Origin: Daphnia carinata
Lineage: Eukaryota
Direction: 5' to 3'
Assembly: GCF_022539665.2 (NCBI RefSeq)
Contig: NC_081332.1
Coordinates: forward strand, 1,736,001 to 1,800,000
Length of the DNA stretch: 64,000 bases
Shown here: one piece after another, positions 39,065-53,508 of the stretch
How positions within the stretch are numbered: position 1 is the first letter of the stretch
Layout of the letters: every line of letters starts with the position of its first letter
Position numbers and translations under genes: made by a program
The notes under the pieces: generated by a model
The model's database searches: none
Seen by the model: only the letters and a program-made list of their open reading frames with translations
Told to the model about the DNA's origin: nothing

Positions 39065-41731
39065 ATGGAGGATTCACTGACGAGTAGCGCCAATCAATGG
39101 AATAACACGCCGACAGCGGATGTGTACAACCAGAGCGTCACATCCGCTCATCCGATACGCTACCCGCGTGAAGCATCCTACTTTGCGGCCGCTTGCGCCA
39201 TCCTCTTCGTTCTCATCGGCATTGGTGGTACGTCCCTATTTTTTTCTTCATATTATTATTATTTTTTTTTTTTTCGTGGGGGGAAGAGGGGGGGGGGCTA
39301 TTAATGTATTTCGTGTCTACTTTGTTTTCTTCAGTGCGTGTGTGTCTAAAAAAACGGAATGACGAGCTACGCACGTTGTTAGATATTGAATGGGGAAAAA
39401 AAATATGTATTAACGGGGGCCTTTAAAAATAGGGGGGAGGGGAAACGAAGAGGAAAAAGGCCTGCGGGAATAGTGTCGTTCGTGATGGGCGCACTGCCAC
39501 TCTCGCCGCTTCTTTTGTTACTTGTTTTCATTTTTGAATACATCATCCGAACGCTTGGGGGATATAACGAAGAGAATTTCTGAAAGGAAAAACATACGGA
39601 GAGGATTTTGAAAAAAAAAAAAAAACTAAAATTCTATTCGCAATCAAAACGATCCCGATCGTGACGAGCATGACGAGTCTAAAAAAAAATTAATCCTTTG
39701 GTTTTTTTTTTAAATCTAAAATATTTAATTTTTTCTGCTGTCCGCTTTTGATTGGAATCGATTTCCTCCCTCACCGCCCTGCAGCGTAATTCGAAGGGTT
39801 CATCGATCATTCGTTTAGGATTTCATTTTTTTTTTGTTTTTGTTTTTATTGCCTCATCTGTTTTTTTCTTTGATTCCTGAACGAGTGGGTGGGTCCCGTT
39901 TAGTATCTCCACTCGATTCGATTTACATTGAAATCCCCGTAGTCAAAATACAAAATAAAAACACGTAATAGTGGAGATACTAATTATTGTTTTCTCTTCA
40001 AGTTAGCAGTTTTTCTTAGAGGGTTTGGTTTGTCCATTCAGAAAAAAAAATGTGACGTGTAAATGGTTATGGCATTCGATTTGTTGTGATTTATCATTGG
40101 AACGAAAGCACTCGAACTAGTCGAGCATCCGCTCCGGATATGGAAATGGGCTCTTCACACATCTAATTAGGACTCGTTCTCGTAATTAACGATCTCGTTA
40201 CGAATGACAACTAATTCGAATAACATTTTCAAGTGCCACCATCCGCTGTTTTTAACTGGCCAATTTTTGTTAAATAAAACAAATGTCTTTTCTTTCTTAA
40301 ATTCAAATTGAAAGGTAATTCGCTGACTGTGGCGGCTTTGGTCCGCAGCCGTAAATTGCGCTCGCACGCCACGACGGCGTTCGTCCTCAGTCTGGCCGGC
40401 TCCGACTTGCTCTTCTGCGCCTTCAACCTGCCGCTGACGGCGTCGCGCTACATCCACGAGTCGTGGATCCTCGGCGACACGCTATGTCGACTCTTTCCAT
40501 TCTTCTTCTACGGAAATGTAGCCGCCTCGCTCTTCAGCATGGTCCTCATCACCATCAACCGGTAAGGCCTCCACATCTAAAGAAGGGGGGAGGGCAGACA
40601 GATTGTGGCTTTCCCAAAAGAGCAAAAACAATTTAATTGGACTGTCTGTCATTGAAGTTGTTGTAAATGTGTGACTAGCCTTTTTTTTATTTTTCCTTTT
40701 AAAAAAAAAACAGGTATATATTGATTGCTTCGCCTTCGTGGTATGATAAGATCTACCGGCGGCCATTCATTGTGCTGATGATCCTCAGCTCGTGGCTGTT
40801 TAGCTTCTTGATGATGACGCCTCCGTTGTTGGGCGTTTGGGGAGACTTGGGCCTCAATCCGGCCACGTTTTCGTGCACCATTTTACCAGGAGAAGATGGC
40901 AAATCGCCGAAGAAGTTCTTCTTCGCCTTCGGCTTTCTCATACCTTGTTTAACAATCATCGTTTCGTACACGTGCATCTTCATCAAAGTGAAACAGTCCA
41001 GACGTAACGTCATGGCACACAGGTACAAAACAAATTGCAATTATTTTAGCAATTTTTTTTTTAACAAACAAATATATGCAAATCAAAATTACAGCCCGGA
41101 ATCGAACGGAAACAGACAGGAAGAATCCAACGTTCCGGTCATCAAATCGGCGAAAAAGAGCAAGAAGAACTCGTCGGAGAAACACCAGCGACGCGATGAC
41201 CTGCGACTCACCCGCATGATGCTCATCATTTTCTGCTGCTTCCTGCTCTGCTTCCTGCCTCTCATGGTGGTCAACGTTGCCGACGATGAGGTTTGTTTAA
41301 CACCACCCTCATCTTTCACTAACGTACTCACGTCTCCTTTTTAACACCCGCCTTTTGTTTGTTTTTTTAATGATGACTGATTGTGATCGATTGTTTTTTT
41401 GAATTGTGAACAGAAAAAGACCAAAGTGCCCGTCATTCACGTTCTGGCTTCCATCTTGGCCTGGGCTTCCAGCGTTATCAACCCGTTCATCTACGCCTTC
41501 TCCAATCGACAATACCGTTCGGCCTATCGGCAACTTCTCTGCGGATCTTCCCGTTCTGCTCGGCTCACTTCGCAGACGCAGACTTCACGCTCGTCCGGCC
41601 GCACCTTCCTCACCGATATGCTCCACTACACGGCTCACGCCGACAAGGTGAAAGTCATCCGAGCTTCTAACATTCACAGCAATGTTGCCAACAAAGAGGA
41701 AGGCGACCAACAGCAGTTACCCAGGGTTTGA
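39065..41731 (+). CDS. Tre1: Class A GPCR, Trapped in endoderm-1 (Tre1/moody family)
   Basis: Exons 39065-39227, 40315-40561, 40714-41022, 41095-41290, 41414-41731. 'HATTAFVLSLAGSDLLFC', 'FFYGNVAASL...TINRYILIA' (NRY variant of DRY), 'INPFIYA'. Confidence 0.85.
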
Positions 41732-42806
41732 AAACGGCCCTTCCCATTTCGTGCGTGTGAAAACGAGAAGGAAGGAAGAGCGAAGAATTAAGGACACCCA
41801 GTGTACATACATATTTCGTCTGGCGTAATTCTTTTCTAGTTTAAGAGACAAAAAAAAAAAGGATTGATTTTGGTAATTGTTTTTGTTTTGTTTTGGTTGG
41901 GATAATTGAAACATGTCGTTTAATTGTCGCGTGAAAATTGACTATTAAGTACATCCTACTCTTGTTCTCCTGGCTGAGAGAGAGAGAGAGAGAGAAATGC
42001 CAACGGGAAATTCATTTAACATTTTTAACACATAATATTGAAAAAGAAAAAATACAAAATAAAAGAAGCGAAGGAAAGAAAACTTAAAAAATGAAAATGA
42101 CGAAGGCAAGTCCGCGTGTTTCTTTTCTCCTGTATGTGTTCCTCGTAAACTATGTTGTATACACATGACATGTAAACTCTACGACCGAAAACATCTCTTA
42201 GTTCTTTTTACTATTGCTGTTGCACAAGCGTTTCTTTGTAAGAAGGAAAATAACCAAGCCGCTTAGGCCTTATAAGGATTGACGATTTCAAACTGTTTTG
42301 CCATTGGGCAGTGACGCGAGTTTTTTTTTTTTTTTTTTTTTAAGTGATGATTTATGAGCGTTTGTAACAAATCGTTATTGCCAAAGGAAGGTTTGGCCGA
42401 GTGCGAGTGAAGATTGCGTAAAATATGCGGTAACTTAGGACCAGTAGACTGGCTGCTACAGAAAATAATTCCGCTAGATGGCGTTACCTCATTTTCCGGA
42501 AATTTGAATTGACCAAAGCCTGAATAGATGGCGTTACTTGATTTCGACGTCATTTTACAAGCAGACGCTTGCATACGACAACACGTGTGAAATTTCATAC
42601 GAGACGTTCAATCAGAAGTATTTGACAAACTTTGTTTTGTGTTTCTTTTTATTGTAAAGATAGTTTGAATTACTTGTGTGAAGGATTTTAAACAAAAGCC
42701 TTGTGAAGGGTAAGTTGTGTATTTGCCAACCATTGTTAACACCGAACTTCTTGATTGACAACCTTTTCTAAAGTTACCTAGATTCCACCGTCACTTGTTT
42801 CCAAAA

Positions 42807-45209
42807 ATGGCTAGAACCATACGTAAGACCGATCCGGTCAAGAAAGCCGGACGTAAAGATGGATTCAACCGATCCGGACACAGGTTTTTGAAATGATTTA
42901 GTATTAGAAGAATGTAATCAATCTTTACTGCTGTTATTTTTCTTACACAGTATGAACCCAGATCGAAAAACATCCAACCTCAGAGGTGTCAGCAAGGCCA
43001 GAGATAAAGCAACAATAAAGAGATTGCAGATGTACCGTAACTTTAAGGCAAAACGTGATGAATCAGGCAAAATTGTTCGCCCTGCACCGTTTCAGTCCAA
43101 AGTACCTTCTGGTACTGTTGCCCGTGTAGAGCCTAACCGTAGATGGTTTGGTAATGTCAGAGTGGTATGTAAACAACTAAAACTTATAGTTCTTAAACAA
43201 CAGTGAAACAGTGAAGTTTAATTCTAGGTGGGGCAATCAGCACTACAAAAATTCCAGGAAGAACTTGGGCAAGCCATTAAAGATCCCTATCAGGTGGTTA
43301 TGCGCCAAACAAAGCTACCCATCACGTTGTTGAAGGAATCCTCTAAATTCGCCCGGGTACACTTGTTGGAGACGCAAAGTTTTGAAAATACGTTTGGCCC
43401 GAAGAAACAGCGCAAACGTCCTAGTCTCGCTACCGGTGACTTGGACAGCTACGTGTCGTCAGCTCAAAAATTCGGTGATGATTATGAAATTGAAAAAGAT
43501 GGAGCATTGGTCCGTGAGCTGTCAGATGATCGTGCACTTAGCCGAGAGTGGATCATGAAAGCTGGTTTGAGTAAGAGAATCTGGGGAGAGCTATACAAAG
43601 TGATTGATTGCTCTGACGTTATTATCCAGGTAATTTACCATGACTTACTATTTATTTTGTATGCATTTGATTCCAGTTCCCTTAAAAAATCAAAGGTTTT
43701 GGATGCCCGTGATCCCATGGGTACCAGATGCAAACAAGTCGAAGCGTACATTCGTAAAGAAAAAAGCCACAAACAGTTGTTTTTCGTCCTCAACAAGGTT
43801 ATACGTTTTTACTTTATAGGTCAAGTTCCCTATTATCAATTTTTTCTTTTTAGGTGGATCTGGTACCCACTTGGATTACGCAACGATGGGTGAAGACGCT
43901 GAGCGCCGAATTCCCAACAATGGCCTTCCGCTCTTCAATGACCCATCCTTTCGGTAAAGGATCGCTTATCAACTTGTTGCGCCAGTTCGGCAAACTGCAC
44001 AGCGATAAGCAACAGATCAGTGTGGGTTTCATTGGTTACCCAAATGTCGGAAAGTCATCCGTCATCAACACACTCCGCAGCAAGAAAGTTTGCAAAGTGG
44101 CGCCAATTGCCGGCGAGACCAAAGTCTGGCAGTACATCACTCTGATGAGAAGAATCTTTCTCATCGATTGTCCGGGTGTCGTCTTCCCTACTGGAGAAAC
44201 GGACGAAGAAAAAGTGTTGAAGGTAACATTTATCACGAATCTTAGATGGGACGTTAACACGACATCACCATTTATTCAGGGTGTTGTTCAAGTGGAGAAG
44301 CTGAAGACACCAGAAGACTTTATCCCGGCCGTACTAGAAAGAGTAAAGAAAGAATATCTTCGCCGCGTGTACCGGCTGAATGATTGGAAAGACGCCAACG
44401 ACTTCTTGGACCAAATGGCTCGCCGGACTGGCAGATTATTAAAAGGTGGTGAACCAGACAACAACGCCGTAGCTCGAATGGTCTTGAACGATTGGCAACG
44501 AGGCAAATTACCTTTTTTCGTCGCCCCCGTCAATCCGGACTCGGAAAAAGTGCAGGAGAAACCTGTCGAAGAGCCGTCGCCTGCCGTTGTCGATGAATCG
44601 GGAGAAGAAAAGGACAAAACGAAAAAGAAATTTGAGCCTAAATTGGCACAGGATTTCAGCAAAATCCGTGTCGATTTGAAATACGAAGGTGACGACGTTC
44701 AACCTCTGGAGGAGCAAACAGAATTGATCGAAGATCACTCAGCAGATGAAGGAGACGATGATGAAGAGGAAGAAGATAAACCGGTGGACACAACAGCTAC
44801 AGAAGAGCCGAAATCGGCGAACGCTTCTAAACTGGACGACAGCGAATGGCTTGACGACGAGGAAGACGATGAGGAAGATGTCGATGGAATGGACGAAGAA
44901 GACGGTGACGATGCTGACGGTTCCAAGAAAAAAGATAAAACTTTGAAACTCAAAACAAGAACGATCACGAAGAGCGGAGCGTTTTCCGTCTCTTCGACGT
45001 CGCGATCGGCAAAGAAGGGCAACGAGGACGACCGGCCAGAGAATCCACGCTGGAAATTGACGTCGAGGGAAAGGAGGAAAATCGATCGTGATCAAAAGAA
45101 AAAGAAAGTCGGCACACATTTCTATGAAGTGGTCAACGTCAAGAATAAATCCAAGAAGAAGGGTTTCTTGGAAATGGCCAAAGCATTTAGAGGTCACTGC
45201 AAGAAGTAG
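42807..45209 (+). CDS. GNL2: Nucleolar GTP-binding protein 2 (Nog2/NGP-1), multi-exon
   Basis: N-terminal '[12 protein letters not shown]...[12 protein letters not shown]'; circularly permuted GTPase [23 protein letters not shown]; acidic C-terminal tail. Confidence 0.95.
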
Positions 45210-45512
45210 CGACTCTTTGTAACTGTCTAATCTTCTAAACCTGATGATTTCAATTAGTTAATGCTTCACAACTGAGCCGACATTCATTCGCGATTCTTCC
45301 CCTTTGTCGCTGATTTCAGGTGGTCAACTTCTTATGTAATTCGGTTTGAAATAAAATGATGAATATTGATTATGCAAAAGATTTTGTGTGGATGCAGTGA
45401 GGAGAACTATATAACCGAATGAACTAATCTAGCACTTTATGATATTCTAGTATTGCTCAAAGATAAGTTTCTTAAATATAAGCAATCTGAAGTTAGTTCA
45501 TTTAATATATAA

Positions 45513-45585
45513 GCCTCGATAGCGCAGTAGGCAGCGCGCGAGTCTCATAATCTCGAGGTCGTGAGTTCGAACCTCACTCGGGGCA
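45513..45585 (+). tRNA. tRNA-Met (CAT), elongator type
   Basis: 73-nt cloverleaf GCCTCGA...TCGGGGC-A, D arm TAGCGCAGTAGGCAGCGC, anticodon loop CTCATAA, T loop GTTCGAAC. Confidence 0.95.
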
Positions 45586-47420
45586 AACTATAATATTATA
45601 GCAATAGTCTATTTTTATTTTACCTCAACTGGCTGCACATGCGCACAAATTTATGGCAACGTAAAATCTAAAGCTACATTGGTGTTATTCATCAAAGTAG
45701 AAAAGCTTTTTGGGAACAGGAAACAGACAAAGTGATCAGATATTTAAACGACTAACGTTCTATGCGAAGTTCCCGATAGCTAAACGTATTAAAATTAAAT
45801 CTGCAATGTCGTAAGCGGCGCAGTGGTCGTGGACAAGTTATTAGATTGTTTAGAATTGTGGTTGTAAACATGTAGCTGGGCGTGAAAGTTGTGGGCGTAA
45901 ATAATGTTGTTCGCCAGCAGAGATTATTCTGGAACGCCAAGTTCCATTGTATAAAACAAATATCGGAAATACCTCTTAACGAATTCGGAAACAACTTTAA
46001 AGTGGATGCGTACTATGACCTTACTAGATGGCAGCACGTTGAAGGCTAGTTAATCGATGGCCGTCAGCTGTTTCTTTAAACGTAGTTTCTTTGGGAACCT
46101 ATAAGTAAACCGGCCGTAACTTTAAATTGTAATGACGTAGAAAAAGGTTAAGGCTAAGACATCATCTGCAAGTTCTGTTATTACCGTGATTGCCAGGTAA
46201 AATCAGCCCAATCAAGGAGCAAGGACCTTAGGGTTGTATGGATTTATTCAAAACAAAAATTATGCAAAAGAAATCTCAGAGGTGCTTTTGTTTTATTATG
46301 TCATAGCTTTCAGGGGCGTCAAATAGACGAAACTCAAATTACCATCAGTTGCCATCATAGTTACATCTGCTTCGTCTAGTGCTGTCCTGGAATTTCTTGG
46401 TCGTAAAAACTATCGAGTTGTCCGCCATGCACGTTTTAAACAAATCAGCCGAACATGGTATCAAATTTTGTATATCGCAAATGAGTTAATAGGTTTCAGT
46501 GATTTCATAAGGTACATATGAATTTCTTTCTGCAGGTTGTATAGGATATGTGTCGTGTGTCCCAGGCAGTGTCATTTCCAGCCCTTTCTTGTGGTATGTG
46601 TTTAATACAGGCATATTAGATGTGGAGCCCTTTGCTGTGGATAAAATTTATGCAGGAAAAAAAACTTCATGATAATGGTGCATTTGGAACTGACACAAGC
46701 TACTGGATTTCTACCCCTTAATGGCTTCCATTAAAATTTCATGGTAACAAAGAATTAACAATATTCCCATTGACTTCAAGGAATTGATCACTGAAATTAC
46801 CAGCAAGGGTTGAACGAAGTCCTTCCTGGAAAAGCTTCCTTCGAGAATAATAGTTGGAAAGTGAGTTATCCTAAATCAAGGTATGGGCTTCTTCAAAGAC
46901 ATAACCTCCATTCTATTTTGATTTGTGTATAGAAATTGAATGCTCTCTTTTTAAAGTTGTAAAATATTGTGCTTGAACGATTGGTAAGTTAATAGTTTCT
47001 ACTGTTTAGCTTGTTGGTGCTTTCCTTTTCATCTTTTTTTGCTCATAGAACCAAATTTTCTTCTTTAGTATAAAAAAACTACTGCGAGAGAATACATAGT
47101 GATTGCCGTACAGCCAACCCGTTTACAACATCGATTGCGTGACGCTTCAAATTCAGCTTATTGTAATGGTGTACACATATTAATATCTACGTGCATGAAA
47201 TGTTTTTTGTAAGTGGGATATGAAATATTTTTTTTTACAGTGACCAGAATAATGAAGATGAGGAATGAACTGGGCATCAAAATGTGGGGACATGAGGCAT
47301 AGAGCTGTTTATTTGTGGAAAAAAATGGTCAGCAAATGAAAGTTTACCTTAAACCACTAGTAGGAATCTATATCAGTTAGTAATACAATACGTTGGTTGA
47401 ATTCAACTCTGAACATCTCT

Positions 47421-50400
47421 TATAGTTAGCACTGTGTAAAATGACCAAGTGGGGTGACCGGAAAGGCCTCCCACAAGAAACTATTCATCCATTCCACAGA
47501 GATATACTTTGAAAAGGAAAACCTGGCAGACAAGAAAAACAACGGAGTTAAGCTGCACCAGAGGATTTCCTCTGTCAGGTAAGTGTAAATGTTTAAAAAT
47601 ATACATTGGTAATTTGTAGCTGACATATTTATGCAATCCATTGTCTACACTCAAGTCAACATGTTCTAAGTTTGCCTATAGTAGTTACGCACAGCCTGTG
47701 CCACTGCACACAAATAGCATTCTCCCAAAGCTGGGACATGGTGGCTATACTAGCTTTGGGCCAACTATGTGGAATGAAAAATCAACTTGCAATTGCTAGA
47801 ACTTAACTAACATTTCACCAATTCCATGGACGAATCTATTGAATTCTAATGTTATTTGGTACAAAAATTATCTTAAGCAAACGACAAGACGGCTATTGAC
47901 ATATTCACAAAGTCTGGCCTTAGAAAGTCTAACTACGGCCGCCAGATGTCACTAAGATCATTGTTATGAAAAGTTGTATCAGAATTGTGCTTGTGCTGTA
48001 GGTTTTTATTTAATAATAATGTAAACTTATGAGTGTAATCGTGTGAAGCCAATCAATTCTGATGGATAACAAATAAAGGTGAGGGTTTAGAAATATTTTC
48101 TTGGATTATTATGTGTGTGGTATTGCTTTAAAGTAGTATATGAGTCGTACCTGAAAACCCAACTTTAAAAAGCCATGCTATGTTAATTTATTATAGTTAA
48201 CGTTTGAAACTGCGCAGATCTTGTATACCTTATGAAGGAGAACATAGTTCATTTTTTTAATTTCCGAAATTTTAACTTCCGGTTTAAGATCCGATTTGAA
48301 AATGCTTAATAACTCACTATCTGTTGGTCTGAACAAAAAAAAACCGACATTTTCGTAATCCTCGTGAAATTTGGGGTCGAATTCATGTGTCAGTAGAAAA
48401 TACCCGAAAATCGTCAAAAATCGCAAATTTCCCTGAACTATAGTTCAGGAAAAATCGCGATTTTGGCCAAATTGGACTTTTCGCCAAAAACAGGTCAAAA
48501 CAGGTCAGACTCACCTTAAATTTCGCGAGGATCACGAAAATCGTATTCATTTTGGTATTGGACTACTATTTCTGGAGATATAGGCTACTTCCGGTCACTT
48601 CCGATAATTCTTTTTTTCAACTTTGCAAAAAAAATTAAAAATGAACATTAATATTCCAAACATTTTAAGCATTTTAATCATAAGTGTAATGGTGTGGCTA
48701 CTTTTTTTCCTGTTTATTTTGCATATGTTTGCATTTATTTTACGCTTATAGTTAAATCTGAGGTAGATGGCGATAGCAGTGAAACAGAAAAAAGGCCGAT
48801 ACTTTTTTGGGGGGGTAAAGCGGATTGCCATACATTTTTGTTGATGAAATATAGTTGTGTGTCACAATTATTTTCCATTAACTATATAACAGTGGCATAT
48901 ATATTTCCAGGTCACCAGAATGCTCCTAATATGGTGTGTTTGCAAGGATATCCTTCAGTGAAAATGAGTAATGCCAGTAAAAACTCTTCATTTCTTCACA
49001 AAAAAGTTTGGCTTAAGAAAAAAAAGACTTCTTTGGCTTGAAAAATGATAGATCTGTGAGTATACATTTGACTTTCGTTATTTAGATATCAATAAAACTC
49101 ACTATCGAAAAAAATATACTCTTTTTTTAAAACAATTTTTACGATTTTCTATGTGACACCAAGACATGGCAGACATGGATTGGATAATATGGTTACTTGA
49201 ACACTGGATTTGTGAATGCAAAACAGCTGACTTATGTTCACATGTAAGTCAGAGATTTTCCTGGCAAAATTTCTAGTAACTCAGCATTCTGTACCATTTA
49301 CTATAATTTTATACAGTATCCTGCATGTTTCATTAATTAAGATGTAATCATTTTATAGATTGGCACATCAGTGAGCAAGGTTCAGTTTAGGGATTGAGAG
49401 CCTTCGCCGACTATAACATCTAGCCCATATTCAAATTGTAGCACTTGCGTGCTGCCACTAATTCTTCCAAAATGTCCATGTTGTATGGAATGCTTGACAG
49501 TCAAATGGTACTCTGATGTCACATAAATATTAATCATTTACTTTATTTACATTTATTAAAATTTTTCGAAGGAATGATTTAAACAAATGCCAAAGGTGAG
49601 ACATGCTGGAAAAGCTTGATATGAATGTGTAGGCATAGTTTTGGAATTCAGAGGTGCCAGCCGGCTGTTTGGTAAAACTTCAGTTAAATTGGATTTCAGT
49701 TCAATATGTTTTACTTATTATTTGTGTGATTAGGCAAAGGATTGCACCATCCAGGCAATGTGGATATTCTGCCATGTACATGATAAACCTGGGATTCTTC
49801 GTCAACATGCAAGTTGTTACCGCCTGGTAACGCTTTTCCGCTGAGTTTGTTTAGTTTTCTAATTTTAATAGTCAATGTCGCATTAGCAAACTACTGTTGA
49901 CAGAAAAGGTGATACAACCAAATTCTTTTTCCATAAAATGAGGTGATATGAGGTTATAATGGAAATTGTCGTCAAGACTGCCGATACCAGGTACATTGTT
50001 TATCTTAACGTTCAGTGATCACAACAACCAACTTTGTAACCTTTCTGTTTTTTATTGTGCATGGAACGTCCAACCGGAAAGCCCATGGAAGATCTCTGTG
50101 GCCAACACGAAGGGTTCTTCCAAACTTTCGTATCAAGTTTTGGCTATGGTGATCATTTGCAACTGCATGGCCTTTTAGAAGCTCCTGCCAGGAATCTACA
50201 GGAATGTGGCAGATGATGAATTTATGTGCATGTAAGCTATATCAATAAGAATGTTTTATGCTAATCTATGTTTTATTTTCTTAATTTAGATTAATAGCAA
50301 TCGTGAACCTACGAAGGTTTCTGGTTGGGATGTGATGACGAAAAGTTATAATAATGCGAAGTACGGAATTGAATTTCCATCCATGAGTCGCCTGGGTATT

Positions 50401-52846
50401 CCCGCGTATTACGGTATTAAATATTTAAATTGAAGTGCATATCTGGGCTCCCTTCTTTTCTGTGGCCCCGTTTCCCTTAAATTTTTAATAAGCCCGTAGG
50501 GGGTCATGCCCCTACTGTGATCAGCAGTAAACGGTTGTGAGTGCGCTGTCCGGAAAGGGGACGTGGGGGTCCCCATGGTTCGATGATATCATTGGAGGGC
50601 TGTGGGGCTACCCAAAAATCCGAATTAACGGTTAATCGCTCACGTAAAAGCTTGTCCGCGACCTTCGCTCTTCTTCCGGCTTCTCTTAGCCACGCACCGG
50701 GTAATCTCCCCGGTGAGTCAACTGAGGTAGTGTCTCCCCCTACCTTGGTTGACAGCAACTTTGAAATCGGCTATTTTGCCCTTTCAAAGTTGCACGTCTT
50801 TATATTGTGCATAAGTATTGTCAATACAAATTCTTTAAAAACAATTACAGATCTTGTAATTTTATTGTAGTTGCTCTGCCCTTTTCACTATTATGAACAA
50901 TTCCTTATTTATATCGCAATGTCATTTTATTGACGTTTCCATTATATTTTCAATTTTTGCTGTTCCCAATCATGGGAGAATATTTCTTTGATAGACGACT
51001 TGATTGTTTATTTAAAGTTGCACATTTATCTCACTTCATGAAGATTCTACAACTTAGAGTGCATTAATGATATTGATTTGTATACATGCATTGTATATCT
51101 AATTCGACAGTTTAAGTTATATATATTTATTTAATTTCATTTTGACTCTTTAGGGGATTGAACCCTTAGTTTATGGCGTGCGACGCCGATGCTCAACCAT
51201 AGAGCCATGAATCTTGTAAATTATGTAACTATTTTTCCATGTCTTTTAAAGGAGACCTATTTGCACTTCTAATAATATTGTTGTGCGTCCCAACGCAATT
51301 TAATATTTCCGTCTCGGAATGTCACCTATAAATACAATAGTGATTCATTTTTTGTACAAAGAAATATTGTCTACAGAGGGAACCATAACTCAATTTTCGC
51401 GCACAGAGGATCCAGACACGACTCGAACTCTCGACTTTCGATTCCGTGGTCGAACGCTCTACCTCAGAGCTATTATTACGACGTAACTTCCCGTAGTGTG
51501 CTAGTATGATACAGCGTAACGTAACAAAAGAAAGTCTTCTTTTTAAACCTGACTGTACATCAGATGACCGTGCATGATAAGGTTATAGTAAAAGCACGCT
51601 GTATATCTTCATGCTGTGATCTATACTTTTTTCAGGTATACCTTCCCATTAGTGTGATACATAATGCTAGTAGTTTCTGTTAACGAAGTAGTTTTATAAG
51701 TATATGCAACTCGCGCTATCAACCAATAGTGAAATAGCAAAACAAACACGAAAAATGCCGCCACCCCATTTCATTCATGATCAAAATGCTTAAAATGTTT
51801 GGAATATTAATGTTCATTTATTACTTTTTGTCAAGTTCAAAAAAAAAAATTACCGGAAGTGACCGGAAGTAGCCTATATCTCCAGAAATACTGGGCCCAC
51901 AACAAAACGAATATGATTTTCGTGATCCTCGTGAAATTTAAGGTGTGTCTGACCTATTTTGACCTGTTTTTGGCGAAAAGTCCAATTTGGCCAAAATCGC
52001 GATTTTTCCTGAACTATAGTTCAGGGAAATTTGCGATTTTTGACGATTTTCGGGTATTTTCTACTGACACATGGATTCGACCCCAAATTTCACGAGGATT
52101 ACGAAAATGTCGGTCCTTTTTTGTTCAGGCCAACAGATAATGAGTTATTAAGCATTTTCAAACAGGATCTTAAGCCGGAAGTAAAAATTTTGAAAATTTA
52201 AAAAATGAACTATGTTCTTCTTTACAAGATATAAAAGATCTGCGCAGTTTCAAACGGTAGCTATAGATAGTTAGTATAACATGGCCTTTTAATGTTGTTA
52301 AAGTGCACTTTTCAGGTATGACTCATGTACCACTTTAAAGCAATACCACACATAATAATCCAAGCAAATATTTCTAAACCCTCACCTTTATTCGATATCC
52401 ATCAGAATTGATCAGCTTCACACGACTACACTCGTACGTTTACATTATTATAAATGAAAACCTACGGCACAAGCACAATTCTGACACACCTTTTCATAAC
52501 AATAATTTGACTAGCATCTGGCGGGCGTAGTTAGACTTTGTAAAGCTGTCAACAATTTACTACCGCCTAGTGGTCATTTGCTTAACAAAATTTGTGTACC
52601 AATAATAACATAAGCATCCAATGAATTCGTCCAAGGAATCGATGAAATGTTATGTCACTCGCAGGACTGAAGATCTAGCAATTGCAAGTTAACTTTTCTT
52701 TTCAGATAGTTGGCTCAAAGCTGGTATAGCCACCATGTCCCAGCTTTGTAGGGATGCTGGTGTATCTCTGTGGAATGAACGAAACATTTCTTGCAGGAGG
52801 CCTTTCCCGTCACGCATTTTTATCATTTTACACAGAGCTGGCTATA
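47421..52846. mobile_element. Degenerate element with >1 kb inverted arms (47421-48681 / 51777-52846); putative long-TIR DNA transposon or foldback
   Basis: Arms align as reverse complements (e.g. TTTGAAACTGCGCAGATCTT vs AAGATCTGCGCAGTTTCAAA; AAGCTGGGACATGGTGGCTATAC vs GTATAGCCACCATGTCCCAGCTT). The spacer holds stop-riddled Cys-rich coding remnants. Confidence 0.6.
51408..51472 (-). pseudogene. tRNA-derived sequence (Arg-ACG-like pseudogene or SINE head)
   Basis: Minus strand TAGCTCTGAGGTAGAGCG (A box), TCGA-CCACGGAA-TCGA, GAGTTCGAGTC (B box); no intact acceptor stem. Confidence 0.5.
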
Positions 52847-53508
52847 TAGCTATGGCCTTTCAAAGTTCTCAAAGTTCAGGTACAACCTACATACCACTTC
52901 AAAGCAATACCAAGCACAAAATAAGTCAACTAAATATTTCAAATCCATCAGTGTTTTTCTGGTAGATCGGAAAAATTGACGGTATCGACCAACACCCTAC
53001 ATAATGAACATTAGGTTACAATGGTCAGTTACAGTTTAATACATCTAAATACATCTGCTAATATTGTTAAAATTGTTTTTCTCAAATAGATAAACGAGGC
53101 GGTGATCTTCCCATGCAACCTTAGCTCTATTATTTTTCCTGTTGCGACTGTATATTTGTATGATTCATTAAACGACCCTAACGAGGTAAACAAGAAAGAT
53201 CTGGATTTGGCTGAAAAAGAAAGAAGTAGAAAACAAAACAAAATGAATCGGCACATGTCACCCGTTATAAGAATGGACGTTTTAAATAAAAAATGGAGGG
53301 CAAAAGGTACCTACATGGCCATGTTAAAGGATATGGATTTACCGACGATCCTTACACGTTTATTTGAAAAGAAAAAAAAAAGAGATCGGACCCAGAAGAA
53401 TGGTTCCTTGTCGAGAAAATAAACCGGTGCTGGATTGATATTTCAACAGACACGAAGAAAACTATCGTATGCAAAATGAATGGGGAACGTCGTCTAACCA
53501 AGGTGCCG

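Noticed and set aside
42807..45209. GNL2 as part of the GTPase cluster
   Set aside because: Unrelated circularly permuted housekeeping GTPase; proximity is probably incidental.
46100..47400. Exon-like fragments with splice signals
   Set aside because: Could not build an open multi-exon frame or recognise a family.
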